A stretch of DNA of 64,000 bases from an uncultured Actinomycetota bacterium. Its GTDB lineage: Bacteria; Actinomycetota; Actinomycetes; JAHEKZ01. The notes under the pieces are model-generated. The model saw nothing but the letters and a program-made list of their open reading frames with translations, ran no database searches and was not told the DNA's origin. Location: positions 1,472,001 through 1,536,000 of the forward strand of contig CAWHIJ010000003.1 of the NCBI GenBank assembly GCA_963829525.1. The letters run 5' to 3'. Positions within the stretch are counted from its first letter, which is position 1. Each line of letters opens with the position of its first letter. Shown here piece by piece: positions 60,805 through 64,000 of this stretch. Both the position numbers and the translations under genes were made by a program.

Positions 60805-61293
60805 GTGAGTACCACTTTGTCTTGCGGCCAGTGCCGGGCTCCGCTGCGTGTGGAGCAGGGCTGGTGCTCGCTCTGTTACGCGACAGTAGAAGCTGAGTTC
60901 GATCCGTTGACCGCGCCCTTGGACGAGGTCGTAGGACGCTTGGAGCCTGTTACGCCAGCTGAGGCTGACCCGATGGCTGAGGCTGACCCGATGGAGGCCG
61001 TCGCCGGCGTGAGCGCTGACTGGGTCAGCACCCCATTGATCGACAGGGCATCGATCGACAGGGGACCAGCGACGTCAGGCGAGACCGCCGATCAGGAACA
61101 GAGTGCCGAGGTCAGTGATCTTGACGTGATGTTCTCGATGCTGGCGGCGGAGCATCGACGGAGTGATCCTGCAGCAGGCATTGCCGAGCGGCTGCAGGAC
61201 AAGTCGACCCGGATTGCGGTGATGGTTGGCGGCATGGCCTTCGTCGGCATCGTGGTGTTCCTCGCGCTCACCGTCTTCGGTGCCTTGGCCTGA
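60805..61293 (+). CDS. Zinc-ribbon protein with C-terminal TM anchor
   Basis: CGQC...WCSLC, acidic linker with duplicated AEADPM, C-terminal hydrophobic helix. Confidence 0.7.
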   Translation: MSTTLSCGQCRAPLRVEQGWCSLCYATVEAEFDPLTAPLDEVVGRLEPVTPAEADPMAEADPMEAVAGVSADWVSTPLIDRASIDRGPATSGETADQEQSAEVSDLDVMFSMLAAEHRRSDPAAGIAERLQDKSTRIAVMVGGMAFVGIVVFLALTVFGALA

Positions 61294-61342
61294 GGCCGAT
61301 ACGCTCGCCGTATTCACCGTAAACGCACGGCCGGGAGCATTC

Positions 61343-61780
61343 ATGAGCGAGCAGACGTCCTCGACCATCGTCATCGGGGCGACGCCGACTGCAGTGATGA
61401 GCGAGATCGCCGACCTCGACTCATACCCGGAGTGGACCGGCTCGGTGCGATCGGTCGAGGTTCTCGATCGCAACGCAGACGGTCGTCCCTCTCGGGCGAC
61501 GTTTGTGCTCGACGCCGGCGTCGTCAAGGACACCTACACCCTCCAGTACACCTGGCACGGCGACGACTCGGTGAGCTGGACCCTGGTGGAGGCCCAGATG
61601 TTGACCGCCATGGACGGCAGCTACCACCTGACTGACCGGGGGGAAGCGGGCACCGACGTCGAGTACGTGCTGACGCTCGACCTCAAGATGCCCATGATCG
61701 GGTTGTTGCGCCGCAAGGCCGAGAAGGTGGTGACCGACACCGCGCTGAAGGAGCTCAAGCGTCGGGTCGAAGGGGCCTGA
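61343..61780 (+). CDS. SRPBCC/polyketide cyclase-fold protein
   Basis: IADLDSYPEW, LDAGVVKDTY.L.Y, MDGSY, RRKAEK..DTALKELK.RVE. Confidence 0.9.
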   Translation: MSEQTSSTIVIGATPTAVMSEIADLDSYPEWTGSVRSVEVLDRNADGRPSRATFVLDAGVVKDTYTLQYTWHGDDSVSWTLVEAQMLTAMDGSYHLTDRGEAGTDVEYVLTLDLKMPMIGLLRRKAEKVVTDTALKELKRRVEGA

Positions 61781-61845
61781 CGGTCGGGCGACAGCGCTCG
61801 GATTACGGCAGCACCGCTAGGCTCTTTGCTCATGGAGGTCCAGCG

Positions 61846-63042
61846 GTGCGCGTAGTGCTCTTCACCGGTAAGGGTGGAGTCGGAAAGACAACCCTTGCCG
61901 CGGCGACGGCAGCTCAGGTTGCCGCTGCCGGCCGCAAGACGCTCGTGCTCTCAACAGACCCAGCGCACTCACTGTCCGACGCGATGGCCTGCAGCGCTGA
62001 GACAGAACCGACCGAGGTGGCGGCTGGGCTCTTCGTCGGGCACGTCGATACCCAGCGGCGACTTCAGGAATCCTGGGGCGAGCTACAGGGCTACCTCGCG
62101 TCCCTCTTGGGTTCGGCCGGCTTCGACACCCTTCGCGCCGAAGAGCTGACCGTCCTGCCTGGCGCCGAAGAGTTGCTGGCACTGATCGAGGTACGCGACC
62201 ACGTCCGAAGTGGTCGGTGGGACGCGGTCATCGTCGACTGCGCCCCTACCGCCGAGACACTGCGCCTGCTGGCTCTCCCCGAGGCGCTCGAGTGGTATCT
62301 GAGCCGAGCACTTCCAGCCGAGCGGCGCGTGGTGCGCGCGCTGCGTCCTTTACTCGGACCCGCCGTGGGTCTGCCCGCCCCCAACACCGAAGTGTGGGAG
62401 GCAGCTGAGCAGCTGCAGGGGCAACTGCTCGACGTGCAGCAGGTGTTGCGTGCCCCCGAGACCACCGTTCGGTTGGTGCTGACGCCAGAGTCCGTCGTGG
62501 TCGCGGAGGCGCGTCGGGCCTACACGCAGCTGGCGCTCTACGGCTACCGAGTCGACGCGGTGATAGCGAATCGGGTCTTCGACGCCGGTGACGATCCCTG
62601 GCGATCCAGCTGGGCACAGACGCAGCGCCGCCAGCTCAGCGAGGTCAGCGACTCTTTTGAGCCACTCCCGATCTTCACCGCTGGCTATCTGCCCGCCGAG
62701 CCTGTTGGCCCAGACGCGCTCGCGAGACTCGGCGCAACGGTGTACGGACCAGCAGATCCACTTGCAGCGGTCGAGTCAGCGGACTTCCTTACGGTTCGAC
62801 AAGCAGGCGATGGTTTCGTGATGACCTTGGTACTGCCCTTGGTCGACAAGGACTCCCTCGACCTCACCCGCGTCGGCGACGACCTCGTCGTCACGGTTTC
62901 AGGGCGCCGACGCGTCATGGCGCTGCCCAGTGCGCTGCGGCGCTGTCAGGTTCGCGGTGCGCACGTCGAGGATGGACGTCTGCACATCAGATTTGTGCCG
63001 GACCGAGAACAGTTTCCTCGAGTGACGGCGGCGCACCCATGA
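61846..63042 (+). CDS. ArsA/Get3-family ATPase with C-terminal HSP20-like domain
   Basis: FTGKGGVGKTT, STDPAHSLSD, VDCAPTAETLRLL, RR..LPSAL. Confidence 0.92.
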   Translation: MRVVLFTGKGGVGKTTLAAATAAQVAAAGRKTLVLSTDPAHSLSDAMACSAETEPTEVAAGLFVGHVDTQRRLQESWGELQGYLASLLGSAGFDTLRAEELTVLPGAEELLALIEVRDHVRSGRWDAVIVDCAPTAETLRLLALPEALEWYLSRALPAERRVVRALRPLLGPAVGLPAPNTEVWEAAEQLQGQLLDVQQVLRAPETTVRLVLTPESVVVAEARRAYTQLALYGYRVDAVIANRVFDAGDDPWRSSWAQTQRRQLSEVSDSFEPLPIFTAGYLPAEPVGPDALARLGATVYGPADPLAAVESADFLTVRQAGDGFVMTLVLPLVDKDSLDLTRVGDDLVVTVSGRRRVMALPSALRRCQVRGAHVEDGRLHIRFVPDREQFPRVTAAHP

Positions 63043-63344
63043 GTGAGCGAGAGCCGTTGGGTAGCGCCGCGCACGAAGCAGGGCGGCTGATGGATGCGCT
63101 GCGTGACTGGCTGGACGCCCGCGGTGTTCCCGAGACGCCGATCGCAACGGGGAGCGCCGAGTGCCGGGCGTGCCCGGTTTGCCTGACGTTGAGCGCGGTT
63201 CGCGAGCACCACCCCGAGGTCGTCGAGCAGCTCGGAAAGGCCGCCGAGTCGATCCTGGCAGCCCTTCGCGCCGTCATCGCCGAACAAGAGGAACGCTGGA
63301 GCGATCCAGGGCGTCCTGACGTCGAGCGAATCGACATCGACTGA
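63039..63344 (+). CDS. SCO2127/DUF5304-like small protein
   Basis: GS...EA..L, ECRACPVC, PEVVEQL, VERIDID; directly upstream of glucokinase. Confidence 0.75.
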   Translation: MSEREPLGSAAHEAGRLMDALRDWLDARGVPETPIATGSAECRACPVCLTLSAVREHHPEVVEQLGKAAESILAALRAVIAEQEERWSDPGRPDVERIDID

Positions 63345-64000
63345 TGTCCGGCTACACCGTCGGGGTCGACGTTGGCGGTACCAAGGTTGCTGCAGCGCTG
63401 GTAGATGACGCCGGGGTCATCATGCGACGGGGCCGCGCCGAAACCGAGTCGTCCGACTACGCGGGGATGGTTGCCGGCATCGTCTCGGCAGTCACCGAGG
63501 TGCGCGAAGGCGTTGATGTGAGTGGCGTCGGGCTTGCCATCGCCGGCAATGTTGCCGCTGACGGGTCACACGTCCTCTTCTCGCCGCACTTGCCGCTGGC
63601 CAGTGAGCCGCTCGCCGCTGACCTGCGGGCGGCGCTTGGTGTTCGGATCCTCATCGACAACGACGCAAATGCTGCTGCCTGGGCCGAACACGAGTCTGGA
63701 GCCGGACGCGGCACCAGCGAGATGCTGTTCGTCGCTCTGGGTACCGGACTTGGCGCGGGTTTGGTGCTGAGCAACCGGCTGTACCGGGGGTACCAGGGTT
63801 TCGCCGGGGAGGCGGGTCACCTGACGGTCGTGATCGACGGAAGAGCTTGTCCTTGTGGCGCCCGTGGCTGCTGGGAGCGATACGCCAGCGGTACGGCGCT
63901 CGTCGCGCATTACGTCGAGCGAGGCGGTGACCCGGAAGTTGGCGGACCTGGCATCACGAAGGCTGCCGCGAAGGGTGATGCCCTCGCGCTCGCCGCACTG
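63344..64000 (+). CDS. glkA: ROK-family glucokinase, 5' part (runs off the window)
   Basis: Manual translation MSGYTVGVDVGGTKV, DNDANAAAWAE, LGTGLGAG, AGEAGH, CPCGARGCWE. Confidence 0.9.
   Translation, partial: MSGYTVGVDVGGTKVAAALVDDAGVIMRRGRAETESSDYAGMVAGIVSAVTEVREGVDVSGVGLAIAGNVAADGSHVLFSPHLPLASEPLAADLRAALGVRILIDNDANAAAWAEHESGAGRGTSEMLFVALGTGLGAGLVLSNRLYRGYQGFAGEAGHLTVVIDGRACPCGARGCWERYASGTALVAHYVERGGDPEVGGPGITKAAAKGDALALAAL

Overview
High-GC Actinomycetes chromosomal window; no rRNA, tRNA, CRISPR array or intact transposase was seen. The backbone is the conserved actinobacterial region sucB(dlaT)-lpdA-pepA-gcvT-cobSTU ... erpA-adoK-ctaCDF-ldt-qcrBAC-ctaE-trpD-Lrp-DEDD/UvrC-like exonuclease-NlpC/P60-GT4 ... 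SRPBCC-ArsA-SCO2127-like-glkA. Two blocks stand out. (1) 10.4-19.6 kb (-): a cobalamin-riboswitch-led operon with a secreted alpha/alpha-barrel protein, a membrane-anchored protein resembling a circularly permuted transcobalamin beta-domain, an ECF transporter (T, double ATPase, S), a PhnP-like metallo-beta-lactamase-fold phosphodiesterase fused to CobU, then CobT and CobS. This is a candidate cobamide capture-and-remodelling system. (2) 46.6-61.3 kb: a Tad/Flp pilus locus (CpaB, CpaE, CpaF, VWA-TadB, TadC, two Flp pilins) interleaved with a receiver-GAF protein, a stand-alone DnaB/RecA-fold ATPase, a GAF histidine kinase and a LuxR regulator, with sigma28-like leaderless promoters. Also present are a c-di-AMP (ydaO/yuaA) riboswitch ahead of the NlpC/P60 cell-wall operon and a decayed inverted-repeat-flanked DUF559 element. 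About a dozen genes, including respiratory genes, carry single-base frameshifts, most simply read as sequencing/assembly indels. All family assignments are by-eye motif recognition; no searches were run.
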